IMG/VR virus record: IMGVR_UViG_3300010236_000007
Location: 1 to 32,067 of that record
Strand: one strand, 5' to 3'
DNA: 32,067 nt
Origin: a virus
Taxonomy: Duplodnaviria > Caudoviricetes
Positions within the stretch are counted from its first letter, which is position 1, and each line of letters starts with the position of its first letter. Both the position numbers and the translations under genes were made by a program. The notes beneath the pieces are model-generated. The model searched no databases, was not told where the DNA came from, and saw only the letters and a list, made by a program, of their open reading frames with translations. Of the stretch, positions 1-8,873 are shown piece after piece.

Positions 1-1584
1 AGTTAGTTTATTAACTGCGAGGGTATCTATCTTTGCATTTGTAACTGCAGCATTCTTTATCTTCGCTGTATCTATTGCGGCGTCCTTTATCTTCGCTGTA
101 TCTATTGCGGCGTCCTTTATCTTGGCTGTTCCAACCGTATCATCTACAAGATTTTCCCCTGTTATAACAGTCTTTTTAACCTGTTCTTCTATAACATCAA
201 CATTTTTCTTAGCATTGGTCAATCCAAGTTCTAACTCCTCGGCAAATAAGGTTTCGCTAAAACCTTCCACAGAAACCTCAATCTCTATATCCAAAACTGT
301 AGTAATGTAAGACACAGAATTGTGGTCTGTTAGAGTTATAGTATCCCCTATTTCAAAATATCCTAAACCTGTTGTCTTAGCACTAAACGGAATATATGAA
401 AAACCCATCAATGCAGTAACTAAATCTGTCATATATGTTTCCTGATTTTCACCAATGAATGCATTGTTGTCTATTCGTATCTGGTATAAATCATCCCTGA
501 CATCTAATCTTTCTGTCCTTAGCTTGGTTCCATCTTCTAAAAGAATAGGGTATCCATTCTCATACAAAAATGGTCTGTGATAATATCCACCATACCAAAC
601 CCAATTAGTATCAACTGGGTTGTTTCTTAATACAATACTGTTAACATCTCCCCATTCATCCTCTGGATCTATATTGTAAAGTTGAGGAGCTGTTATTTCT
701 TCAACAGAAGCACCCCCTACAGTCTTTAACACAAGTTCATCGTCACTATTAAAATACATTATGGTTCCTGTGGCTTCCGCAATCTGATTAAGTACATCTC
801 TATAAGTCTTCCCTTGGAATGCAAAATAATCGTAAGACACACTCATATCATCATTTGGAAAAGTTGTGGTCGCTAGTGTCCACCCCAAATCTGCACAAAT
901 ACCATCTAAAAACTGTTTAAGTGTTACTGGATAGGAAAGAGATGTGTTCTGATATGTAACCAATGCTTCATACATTTTATCGTAAAGGAAAATTGTAGTT
1001 AGCTCTTCTTGAACATTAACACTCTTTTTGTGTACATAGAAAGTCCCCATATCAATCTGTTCTGGCGTTGAACCAATACCGTCTTTATAATAATCCAAAG
1101 AGTGAGTTCCTGATTGAGTTCCGCTAGTTGCTATTTTAACCCCAGTCATTGCGTCATTAAAAGTAGTGGCAAGGTTGAATGTATTGTCATCAATTTTAAT
1201 AACATAATAAGAAGTATCTACTGAAAGCCCTGTTGGTAAACTACCCGTTGTGGATAACTTTATTCTATTTCCATCTGATAAACCATGAGCATTAAGGGTA
1301 ACCACAGCAGGATTAGCAATAGAAATTGTAACTGTTCCTTTTGCCGTTACATCTGCTACATAAACACCAAATTTTACATTTCCTTTTTCGTAACTATGAG
1401 AACCAAAGAAACCAACTTCGGCTTTTCTCATTATAGCTTTTCCTATGTCCCCATATGTGGATAACTTTACAAACTTCAAATCATCCTCAGCGGTAATAGG
1501 ATCAACACCATCCGTAAACTCGGCATAGACCTTCCTGATAGGGTTCTTTACTGCTTCTTTGAAATTAGTGGATACCGTTATCAT
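1..1584 (-). CDS. Tail tip / baseplate hub (Tal-like) protein, 3' end runs off the window
   Basis: Missing from the ORF track because it has no stop in the window. My translation from ATG 1584 is open for 528 codons to base 1 (MITVSTNFKEAVKNPIRK...YDKMY...YPVTLKQFLDGIC...TYRDVLNQIAEATG...GLGYFEIGDTITL...TAKIKDAAID). It follows Dit, as hub proteins do. Confidence 0.8.
   Translation of the reverse strand, partial: MITVSTNFKEAVKNPIRKVYAEFTDGVDPITAEDDLKFVKLSTYGDIGKAIMRKAEVGFFGSHSYEKGNVKFGVYVADVTAKGTVTISIANPAVVTLNAHGLSDGNRIKLSTTGSLPTGLSVDTSYYVIKIDDNTFNLATTFNDAMTGVKIATSGTQSGTHSLDYYKDGIGSTPEQIDMGTFYVHKKSVNVQEELTTIFLYDKMYEALVTYQNTSLSYPVTLKQFLDGICADLGWTLATTTFPNDDMSVSYDYFAFQGKTYRDVLNQIAEATGTIMYFNSDDELVLKTVGGASVEEITAPQLYNIDPEDEWGDVNSIVLRNNPVDTNWVWYGGYYHRPFLYENGYPILLEDGTKLRTERLDVRDDLYQIRIDNNAFIGENQETYMTDLVTALMGFSYIPFSAKTTGLGYFEIGDTITLTDHNSVSYITTVLDIEIEVSVEGFSETLFAEELELGLTNAKKNVDVIEEQVKKTVITGENLVDDTVGTAKIKDAAIDTAKIKDAAIDTAKIKNAAVTNAKIDTLAVNKLT
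55..123. repeat. 30-bp tandem repeat (about 2.3 copies) encoding TAKIKDAAID
   Basis: CTTTATCTTCGCTGTATCTATTGCGGCGTC is exact at 55-84 and 85-114, with a partial third copy. Degenerate TNAKI units flank it. Confidence 0.95.
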
Positions 1585-1601
1585 TTATTGTTGCTAATAA
1601 A

Positions 1602-1970
1602 TTATATGTACTTCTTAACAGGTACTAAGCTAACACTAAATTCATCGTACAGCTCTCTGTTCTTATCTAAGAGAGGAGTTTCGTAATCACTAGCGTAATA
1701 TTGAGCTGATTTAAGTCCTTGAGTTTTAGCATCATACCAAGTTAAGGTAAAGAATGGAGTATCTAACATTCCCGTTATGGTCGCTAGGTCAGAAGATCCC
1801 ATTGGGATGAAGGTAACCTGTATTTTAGGAAACACTCCAATAAAGTCAGCTTGTAGCTCTCCCGACATGGTTCTTTCTGCATTTCCCCAAAGCTTAGCTC
1901 TTAAAGGTTTATATTCCTTAACATTAGGTACTGTTACACCATTGATTTTTAGTAATGTAGTTATTGCCAT
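1602..1970 (-). CDS. Probable distal tail protein (Dit-like, DUF6711-type)
   Basis: 122 aa directly after the tape measure gene; LKINGVTVP...AERTMSGEL pattern. Confidence 0.7.
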   Translation of the reverse strand: MAITTLLKINGVTVPNVKEYKPLRAKLWGNAERTMSGELQADFIGVFPKIQVTFIPMGSSDLATITGMLDTPFFTLTWYDAKTQGLKSAQYYASDYETPLLDKNRELYDEFSVSLVPVKKYI

Positions 1971-1971
1971 T

Positions 1972-4482
1972 TTATATCTTTAACAATTTAGAATTACCTG
2001 CTAATGACCTATCGTTTAGATAATCTATAAATCCTCTGTATAGGTCTTTCTCTCCAAGCTTAATTGTTAAATTCACTCCTTGTCCATCTCCACCACCACT
2101 TTCACTTATTGCTCCTGCTAAGTCTTTAATAAAGCCTGTGTTGTTTTGTAATGGGATTACAGCCTCACGTCCTGACTCTCCTAACATAGCTACTGTTGGT
2201 CTGTCTACAATACCACCTTCTGCAAGGTAAGGTATTCGAGGTGCATATACAGTAGGCAACCATCCAAATGGATGAAGTCCTGCTATTTTAGTATTCCTTA
2301 TAATTCTCAAGGCACTATTTATGGCATTAAATGGAATGCTTACCATGGTGTTTATACCCCTTATTAAACTGTTTACAACACTCCTGAAAGCATTAAATAT
2401 CCCATCTGTAATACCCTTAAATACAGCACCACCTGAGCTAAATACATCTTTGACTTTTTTCCAAGCATTACTAAAGATATTCGCAAACCAATTAGCAACC
2501 CCGCCAAAAGCTCTCTTAATGCCTTCCCAAGCGTCTGAAGCTCCCCATTTAACACCTTGCCACATACTACTAAACCAGTTTTTAACTCGATCCACTCTCT
2601 CTCCTATAAAGTCCGCTGTATTCCTCCAAGCGTCTGCAATCCACTCAAAAACACTTTCCACTATTTTCCCAAATTGTTCAAATATCCACCCCCAACCCTC
2701 TATGCCCCCATTTATCCAATTGCCTAAATCTTCCCACTTATCTTTTATCCAGTCGGTTATCTGTTCAATTATCAACTTCCAACCTTCGACTCCTTCGTTC
2801 CACCAAACGCCCAAATCATAAAAGAAATTTTCGAACCATTCCTTTATTTTGTCCCAGTCCCTGATAATTGTAACAACAGCAACAGCCAATAAAGCAACAA
2901 GTGCGGCAATCAATACTGGGACAATAGCTCCAGTTGTAATAAGTCCCCCGATTAGAGTTGCAACTGCCCCAAAAACACTTGCTATTAAACCCCCTATGCC
3001 AATAATTCCTGTCAAAACAGGTGTCCAAATAGCCAAAACTTTTGTTACTCCTGCTATTATTCCAGTTAATAATATCAATACTCCAATAACCTTTAATATT
3101 GTTTCCTTGTTCTCCCATAACCATTTTATTACAGGAATCTCCATAAACTTTTCTATTCTCTCTTTAAGAGTTCCAAAGGTATCCTCTAGCTCTTTAACTT
3201 TTTTATTCACTTCGACTGCTAATTCTCCTAAATCTCCAAAAGCTCCTAAAGGTACATCTCCCAGTCCACCTATATCTAAACCTGCTGTACCACCCCCCTC
3301 TGGTGGATTCAAGACATTCATTTCATCAAACCCTGCTAATCCTGCTAAAGCTTTGTTTAGGGACTTCGCACTTCCTGTAGTGTCTTTCATTGCTTTGTTA
3401 ACTCCTCCCAAACTCTTTGAGGTGTTGTCTGCACTTGTTTCAACTTTAGGGAATGAGAAGTCTGCAAGGTTCTTCATAAAGCTCCTAAGAGCAGGTATGC
3501 CCATTAATAATTGTCCTATACCACGTACTACATAAATGATGTACGCAGACACCTTAACAGCCCAATCCTTGAATGTTTGTGCATTTGCTATCAACCAATT
3601 TCTCACATTACTTACGAATGTCAAAATAGCACTTGATGCGGAAGCAAATATTGGTTCTAGATAAGATCCTACCTCTTCAAATATACTGGTAGTTGCATCT
3701 CGTATAGAGTCAATCATTTTACCTGATGTTGTGTAGGCATTAGCATAAGCCCCTAGAGCCTTCTCAGCCTCTCTGTGTACCAACATTAACCTAGCCTCAG
3801 CCTCCTCTTGGGCTGTAAGCTCATTTCGAGCCTTACCAATACTCTTAGCGTACATCCTATACTCTGTACCTAAGTTACCAACGGCAATCATACCCTCGAC
3901 CATTTCGGTATTACCACGATTAATAAACTCTGTTATCTTCGCTATAGCTTCACTTGAAGATGTTCCTGCAACTGCTCCAAGGTCTTTCATCTGCAATACT
4001 AGTGCAGAAATACCCTTAACAGTTTCCCCAGTTCTACCATCAACTGCTTCTAAACTTTCAGCCATCGCAAAAAGACCAGTCCTAGCTAGACTGTTAATGA
4101 CTTCTTCTGCTTTAAGACCATATGTATTAGCTTCTGCGAGACTGTCTCTTAATTCGTCGACCTTATCAGAGGCAATGCCCATATTTGTACTAACTGTATC
4201 GGTTGCTATTCTCATACGAGAAAGCTGTGTACCACCTTCAAAGACTCCTTTACTCATACTACCCACGACTCTAGTTAAGCCCCTAAATGTGCTTGTCAGC
4301 GCCTTGGTAGCAACATTGGCGGACAATATTTTACCAAACAGGTCTTTCCCTGTTGCTTTCCCAACAGCCTGCGTAGCCTTGTTAAGTTCTTTAAGTTCTT
4401 GGTGAACTTTTACTAGCTCTCCTGTAAACTGATCCGCATTAGCAGATATCAGTACCTGTAGCTCTTCTACCTTCATTGCCAT
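1972..4482 (-). CDS. Tape measure protein
   Basis: 836 aa, helical, N-terminal VEELQVLISA, LAGFDEMNVL motif, hydrophobic stretch, Trp-periodic repeats, and C-terminal IPYLAEGGIV...GESGREAVIPL. Confidence 0.95.
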   Translation of the reverse strand: MAMKVEELQVLISANADQFTGELVKVHQELKELNKATQAVGKATGKDLFGKILSANVATKALTSTFRGLTRVVGSMSKGVFEGGTQLSRMRIATDTVSTNMGIASDKVDELRDSLAEANTYGLKAEEVINSLARTGLFAMAESLEAVDGRTGETVKGISALVLQMKDLGAVAGTSSSEAIAKITEFINRGNTEMVEGMIAVGNLGTEYRMYAKSIGKARNELTAQEEAEARLMLVHREAEKALGAYANAYTTSGKMIDSIRDATTSIFEEVGSYLEPIFASASSAILTFVSNVRNWLIANAQTFKDWAVKVSAYIIYVVRGIGQLLMGIPALRSFMKNLADFSFPKVETSADNTSKSLGGVNKAMKDTTGSAKSLNKALAGLAGFDEMNVLNPPEGGGTAGLDIGGLGDVPLGAFGDLGELAVEVNKKVKELEDTFGTLKERIEKFMEIPVIKWLWENKETILKVIGVLILLTGIIAGVTKVLAIWTPVLTGIIGIGGLIASVFGAVATLIGGLITTGAIVPVLIAALVALLAVAVVTIIRDWDKIKEWFENFFYDLGVWWNEGVEGWKLIIEQITDWIKDKWEDLGNWINGGIEGWGWIFEQFGKIVESVFEWIADAWRNTADFIGERVDRVKNWFSSMWQGVKWGASDAWEGIKRAFGGVANWFANIFSNAWKKVKDVFSSGGAVFKGITDGIFNAFRSVVNSLIRGINTMVSIPFNAINSALRIIRNTKIAGLHPFGWLPTVYAPRIPYLAEGGIVDRPTVAMLGESGREAVIPLQNNTGFIKDLAGAISESGGGDGQGVNLTIKLGEKDLYRGFIDYLNDRSLAGNSKLLKI

Positions 4483-4483
4483 G

Positions 4484-4882
4484 TTATTGTATAGCTCCTC
4501 CTAATTTAAGTGTGTTAGCTCTAGCCATTCTTTCCATTTCTTCAGAAGACATTTCCTTTGGCTCTTCTAACTGGGTTTTCTCTAAGAATGGTTTATTAGG
4601 ATATTTTCTTGGGTCATTTACTGCGATCCCAACGTATTTTCCTAACAAAAAATTCATAAAGTCAATTTCTTTTAACCTTTCTCTTTCTCTATCCTGAAAC
4701 CCTTCGACATATTTCTTAAATTGTTTAGGACTAATCTCCCAGTAATCTCTAAGGTTTAAGCCTACAGTTATTGCTGTTGACTCTCCTCTTTCCCAGAGTT
4801 CTCCAAAGAATCGAGGTTTAGATCCATTCCTGTCGATAGTTTCTCCCTTATTGGATTCAGATCCACCCCCTTCGGAAAAAAA
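4484..4882 (-). CDS. Tail assembly chaperone C-terminal extension reached by -1 frameshift (gpGT-like)
   Basis: Slippery T TTT TTT (GGT TTT TTT CCG) at 4876-4882. The -1 frame is open to TAA at 4484 and reads ...LWERGESTAITVGLNLRDYWEISPKQF...AVNDPRKYP...GGAIQ. Confidence 0.8.
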   Translation of the reverse strand, partial: FFSEGGGSESNKGETIDRNGSKPRFFGELWERGESTAITVGLNLRDYWEISPKQFKKYVEGFQDRERERLKEIDFMNFLLGKYVGIAVNDPRKYPNKPFLEKTQLEEPKEMSSEEMERMARANTLKLGGAIQ

Positions 4883-5115
4883 CCTGCATTCTGCAATTTC
4901 TCCATAATATCTACATATAATGTATACAGATCACTTCCTGCTTCAAATTCTTTTTCCATCAGGTCAAGTGCCTGATCTACATTATCTAAATCAGCTCCTT
5001 TCCAAACTAACTTAGAAACATTGTCTACAGAAAGATCACTTAATAAATCTGCTATAGAACTCTTTGTTTGATCCTCAATTTCCTTAATTTTCCTTGGGGT
5101 AAATTTAAGCTCCAT
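4768..5115 (-). CDS. Tail assembly chaperone (gpG-like)
   Basis: 115 aa acidic protein between tail tube and tape measure genes; contains the GFF slippery motif. Confidence 0.85.
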   Translation of the reverse strand: MELKFTPRKIKEIEDQTKSSIADLLSDLSVDNVSKLVWKGADLDNVDQALDLMEKEFEAGSDLYTLYVDIMEKLQNAGFFPKGVDLNPIREKLSTGMDLNLDSLENSGKEESQQQ

Positions 5116-5142
5116 AATTATTTTTAATATATAAATTTATAT

Positions 5143-5192
5143 ATTGTAGTTGCCTACAATTCTGTGCAGGCTAGGTTTGAAACTAACCTGCA
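5143..5192 (-). terminator. Tandem hairpins after the tail tube gene (attenuator or mRNA-stabilising element)
   Basis: Minus strand TGCAGGTTAG/CTAGCCTGCA (10 bp, one G-U), then ATTGTAG-GCAA-CTACAAT. No clear U-tract. Confidence 0.6.
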
Positions 5193-5199
5193 ATCAACT

Positions 5200-5622
5200 T
5201 TAGGCACTTATACCAGTTGAAGAGTAAACGGGTTTACCTGTAATCCTAAGAGAACCTGTAAAACCTCTAGCTCCATCAACAGCACTTTCAGCCTCTTTCA
5301 TCATCTTCACAAACGCCCTCAAGAACCATTTTGCTCCTGATGGGAATTCGACCTCCCAACTTTCTACAGTCTGAGTGTCGGACAATGAAATTAGCGACTC
5401 ATATTTGGTTTCGTCTTTAACCCATCCTGCGATGGAGACTTCACCACCATCCTTGAGTCCTGCGATAAACTCCCTAAATCCATTTTCAGAGTCGAAATCA
5501 GTTACTTCGATTTCATCGCTTTCTATACCAATCTCACCAATACTGTTAAGGTTAGCAACTACTAACTCTCCACTAGTCTTGGTTAGGGTTGTACCTAATA
5601 CTTTTTGAGCTTCATTAGCCAT
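5200..5622 (-). CDS. Major tail tube protein
   Basis: IEVTDFDSENGFREFIAGLKDGGEVSI and terminal LRITGKP motifs of siphophage tail tube proteins; position before the chaperone gene. Confidence 0.9.
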   Translation of the reverse strand: MANEAQKVLGTTLTKTSGELVVANLNSIGEIGIESDEIEVTDFDSENGFREFIAGLKDGGEVSIAGWVKDETKYESLISLSDTQTVESWEVEFPSGAKWFLRAFVKMMKEAESAVDGARGFTGSLRITGKPVYSSTGISA

Positions 5623-5633
5623 TAGACTTTAGC

Positions 5634-6008
5634 TTAAAAATTAAATATACATACCTTATGTGCGTACCCTTTGGGGTCTCCTATATCATAGGTATCTTCC
5701 AAAAGAAATTTTATCTCTCGCATTTTAGACTCTACCTCTGTTAACAAAGCTGTAGTATCTAATGATGTAAGACCCCATAAGTCGATCCTCATCTGCGAAT
5801 TCTGTATCACTATTTCCCCTTCTATATCATACAAGGGTTTGTCTCCACTTGTCGAGAAAGTAATTAAAATATAATCTTCTAAGAGATCAATCTCTTCAGG
5901 TCGTGGTTGATATGCTTTGACTGTTTTTACGTGTCCATCTACTGTCAGCGTAGTTATCTCTCTTAGTTTTGCATATACTGTAGATTTTTTATCATCCATT
6001 GTACTCAT
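5634..6008 (-). CDS. Tail terminator / completion protein
   Basis: 124 aa before the tail tube gene; ...QMRIDLWG...EVESKMR pattern. Confidence 0.65.
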   Translation of the reverse strand: MSTMDDKKSTVYAKLREITTLTVDGHVKTVKAYQPRPEEIDLLEDYILITFSTSGDKPLYDIEGEIVIQNSQMRIDLWGLTSLDTTALLTEVESKMREIKFLLEDTYDIGDPKGYAHKVCIFNF

Positions 6009-6391
6009 GAGCTTTCTTTTCTTAAATGATCTCTAATATATTTTTTCATACTCTGATGAATTCCTGCTCTATTTATATCCATAGCGGGTATCAAGAATGG
6101 TTGAGCTTCCATTTTACTTGTTCCGAACTCTTGATATGGTGCATATTCTACTGTCGTATAAACAATAGCCGAACGTTCCTTGTGATACAACTTTCTACTA
6201 ATGGAGTTTCTTAATGTCCCTCCTATATAGCCTTTAATGCCAGTACTCTCTGGAGTACCAACAGGAGCTAACTTCTTAGCAGTCCCTTGTACCTTTCTAG
6301 CACCTTCTATAATTTCTGGTGTAAGATCTAAATCCCCGATATCTCCGAACTTTTTTATACACTTGTCGAGATTGATGACCTTAATAAGCAT
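6005..6391 (-). CDS. HK97 gp10-family neck / tail-completion protein
   Basis: AKKLAPV...GTLRNSI...VEYAPYQEFGTSKMEAQPFLIPA signature. Confidence 0.92.
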   Translation of the reverse strand: MLIKVINLDKCIKKFGDIGDLDLTPEIIEGARKVQGTAKKLAPVGTPESTGIKGYIGGTLRNSISRKLYHKERSAIVYTTVEYAPYQEFGTSKMEAQPFLIPAMDINRAGIHQSMKKYIRDHLRKESS

Positions 6392-6720
6392 TTTTGAGTA
6401 ATTAACAAATTATGACTATCGTTTTCAATCGCTCTTATAACCTCGTAGAATACTCCTCCATAGGCTAGGACTTGATCTAAATCAATATCTTCATCTGTGG
6501 TTATCATCGCATCTATTTCGGTATCTATACCATATTCTTCCTGAACAGCATCAAAACCTTCAAAAGAAATGTTCCCTTTGAAACTTCCTGTCTTTGTTAC
6601 ATCCGCACCCTTTTTGAGGTTTCCCTCTGTATCGGGTTCTGTAGTAACATCGTACTTATCGATAGTTTTATCGTAGAAGTTGTCTTTTATAGCTGTTTTG
6701 AAAGTTTCTGGTATGTTCAT
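6355..6720 (-). CDS. Head closure (stopper) protein
   Basis: 121 aa beta-rich protein in the neck position after the adaptor. Confidence 0.6.
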   Translation of the reverse strand: MNIPETFKTAIKDNFYDKTIDKYDVTTEPDTEGNLKKGADVTKTGSFKGNISFEGFDAVQEEYGIDTEIDAMITTDEDIDLDQVLAYGGVFYEVIRAIENDSHNLLITQKCLLRSSISTSV

Positions 6721-7202
6721 AGCGGTCTTGTTTGGTTAGCTGATGTATCACCCAAAACTTTTCCCAGAGTATATTTATCAAGTAATGTTAACGAGCCTGT
6801 AAAGACTTCCGAGTCATTGCTAGAGGTAAGGTAGTTAGTTAGCTTCTCTCCGAAAGTAACCTCTTGTCCTTGATCCTTGACTTTAGTTACTTCTCTTGTA
6901 TCTGATGCTAATCGTTTGACTATTGTTCTTACTACTCCTACCACCACGTTTGCTAGAGTCCTTTCTAGTCTTGGTGGTATCGGATAATCATAGTAGTCCC
7001 AAATATCATCATCATCATCGTAATCTACAAGATCCTCCTCATACTGCACAACTAACTGATCTCTATTCATATATATCAACGCTCTATCTACAACGTCTGT
7101 AATATAGTATGTTAGTTGATCTGCACTTATTCCTGTTTCTGTAAGAATATCAGGGTATAAAGTTGTTACATAACCTTCAATTCTAGCAATGACATCATCC
7201 AT
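6717..7202 (-). CDS. Head-tail adaptor (SPP1 gp15-like)
   Basis: Immediately after the capsid gene; ALIYMNR...IPPRLE...VTKVKDQGQEVTF pattern, with an acidic DYDDDDDIWDYYDY insert. Confidence 0.75.
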   Translation of the reverse strand: MDDVIARIEGYVTTLYPDILTETGISADQLTYYITDVVDRALIYMNRDQLVVQYEEDLVDYDDDDDIWDYYDYPIPPRLERTLANVVVGVVRTIVKRLASDTREVTKVKDQGQEVTFGEKLTNYLTSSNDSEVFTGSLTLLDKYTLGKVLGDTSANQTRPL

Positions 7203-7227
7203 CTTTACTTAGTACTTATATTAACTA

Positions 7228-8100
7228 TTAAGCACTTATTCCACTATCTAAAGCACCTGCGAATACCAAGTCGCCCATTACAGCTCCAGTACCATAGTAG
7301 TATGACATATATGCATACTTATCGTTACTGAGTTCTGGTTTTGCAACATAGAATTCATCAAATACTACTGGCTGAGCAAGTGAACCAATGACCTGAATTA
7401 TTGCATCAAATCCTTGTCTTGTTGCTCTTCTAACTTCAACACCTCTAAAGGCAACTGCATCAGTTCTTCCAGAAATCGGATTCTCTAATGTAGTAAGTAC
7501 CTTCTCAAGTGAATCGTACCATTTTGAAGCAAGTGTCAATACCATTAACTCTCTGTCTACTCTGTCGACGTTGTCATTTTGTACATTTTCTAGTGTCTGG
7601 ATAAGCAATGAAAGTTTGTCTTGAACATCTGACGCACCTGAAAGGTCTACTAAACCTGCGGCTACAGCGGTTTGCTGTAATTTGGTGTAGTAAGCATTCT
7701 CAAGTTCTATTCCCATACTGAGTGCGAAGCTAGATCTCCTATTCTCTAAAACAGCTACATCTCCTAGCTTGTTCCAAAGTCTGAGGTCTTTAGCGTTCAT
7801 CTCTTCTGCGAACTCCTGATCTTGGTCTATCTTAATATCTGCGCTGTTGTTCTCGATTTTATTACCACTTCCTGCTGTTCTAGCAGTACCATAGTCCTGA
7901 GAGTTTGCCATAGCAAGTCTTGCGACTTCTACAGTTCCACCCTTAACAGGCTCGGTAAGATAATTGGTGTTTACTAAATCCCTATATGTAAAACGTCCTG
8001 CGATTTCCCCTTGAATAGCTCCATACTGAAGCATTAAGTCATCCGCAGTTACACCATCACCGATAACAACATTTTTTGCTGGTTGCAATGTTTTTGCCAT
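7228..8100 (-). CDS. Major capsid protein (HK97 fold)
   Basis: 290 aa after the scaffold gene; GGTVEV...IKIDQDQEF pattern and terminal YYYGTG motif; ends SGISA. Confidence 0.85.
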   Translation of the reverse strand: MAKTLQPAKNVVIGDGVTADDLMLQYGAIQGEIAGRFTYRDLVNTNYLTEPVKGGTVEVARLAMANSQDYGTARTAGSGNKIENNSADIKIDQDQEFAEEMNAKDLRLWNKLGDVAVLENRRSSFALSMGIELENAYYTKLQQTAVAAGLVDLSGASDVQDKLSLLIQTLENVQNDNVDRVDRELMVLTLASKWYDSLEKVLTTLENPISGRTDAVAFRGVEVRRATRQGFDAIIQVIGSLAQPVVFDEFYVAKPELSNDKYAYMSYYYGTGAVMGDLVFAGALDSGISA

Positions 8101-8140
8101 GTTATTTTCTAACTCATATTAAATTATGTAATCCCATTGA

Positions 8141-8698
8141 TTACATGTAGCTGGTAAGTTCTTCTTCATCGAAGGAATCCTCACCATCGCCTGAGCTAGG
8201 ATCTTTTGGAGCTTCACCTTTAATCTGTTTCTTTACTTCTTCAGCTATTTTAGCTGTCCAGACTTGGTGTATCTTTTCAATGCTTTCGTTTTGTTTCTCT
8301 ATATCTTCATTAAGAATAAAGTCTACAAAGTCTTCTGGCATTTTGAGGTCTCTTAGCATTGCTCTACCTTCAAGTCTATTCTCTCGAAGTGTCAACTGTC
8401 TTTCCCTCTCAGAATGCTCCTTTTCCTGTTGCTCACGCAATTCCTTCTCTCTTTCCTCGGCTGATAGTTTAGATCTCCTTATAGCGTCCGCCTCTGCTTT
8501 CTCTTTAGCTTCGGCAAGTTCCTTTTCTTTCTTAGCCTTCTCTTCGGCTCGAACTTTTGCGGCTATTCGATCTAAATCCTCCTGAGTAAAAGTTTCTGGG
8601 GTGTCTTCACCCTCTCCACCTGTTTGCTCTCCCCCATCCGTGTTAGGTTTGGTTGGTGTCTCCTCCTCTAACTGGGTCTTTTTTTTATCTTTAGGCAT
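8141..8698 (-). CDS. Capsid scaffolding protein (DUF4355-like)
   Basis: TFTQEDLDRI...KLSAEERE...LKMPEDFVDFI...EEVKKQIKGEAPK; charged coiled coil. Confidence 0.9.
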   Translation of the reverse strand: MPKDKKKTQLEEETPTKPNTDGGEQTGGEGEDTPETFTQEDLDRIAAKVRAEEKAKKEKELAEAKEKAEADAIRRSKLSAEEREKELREQQEKEHSERERQLTLRENRLEGRAMLRDLKMPEDFVDFILNEDIEKQNESIEKIHQVWTAKIAEEVKKQIKGEAPKDPSSGDGEDSFDEEELTSYM

Positions 8699-8800
8699 TA
8701 TAATACCTTATAAAAATTTAAACCTTAAACCCCTGTCGGGTATACCTCTTACGAGTAAAATTCCTTGGAAATTCCTATGTATTAATATAACACTAATTTT

Positions 8801-8829
8801 ACTATAATTGCAAACATATTGTTTGTCAA
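8801..8829 (-). promoter_or_regulatory. Sigma70-type promoter for the scaffold/capsid/tail genes
   Basis: TTGACA-N17-TATAGT on the minus strand. A CAAACA-N3-TGTTTG palindrome overlaps the -35 and spacer. Confidence 0.8.
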
Positions 8830-8835
8830 TAGGCT

Positions 8836-8873
8836 TGTGGATAAACTAGTACTTATCCGCAAACTTATGCACA
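8836..8873. promoter_or_regulatory. Cluster of three DnaA-box-like 9-mers
   Basis: TGTGGATAA at 8836-8844 (perfect, reverse), TTATCCGCA at 8853-8861 and TTATGCACA at 8865-8873 (one mismatch each to TTATCCACA). Confidence 0.6.

Noticed and set aside
55-123. 30-bp direct repeats as a CRISPR array
   Set aside because: No spacers; this is an in-frame coding repeat.
2373-3124. Alternative-frame minus ORFs 2373..2555 and 2816..3124
   Set aside because: Nested inside the tape measure gene, with no supporting features.
4002-4016. Internal KGISA in the tape measure protein
   Set aside because: It is internal, lacks the preceding S/T and sits in a lumenal protein, so it is likely chance.
7203-7245. 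Shared GISA ending as a frameshift or readthrough site adding an Ig-like domain
   Set aside because: There is no slippery heptamer. The capsid TAA is followed by TAG and only 25 nt separate it from the next gene, and the tail tube stop is followed by hairpins.
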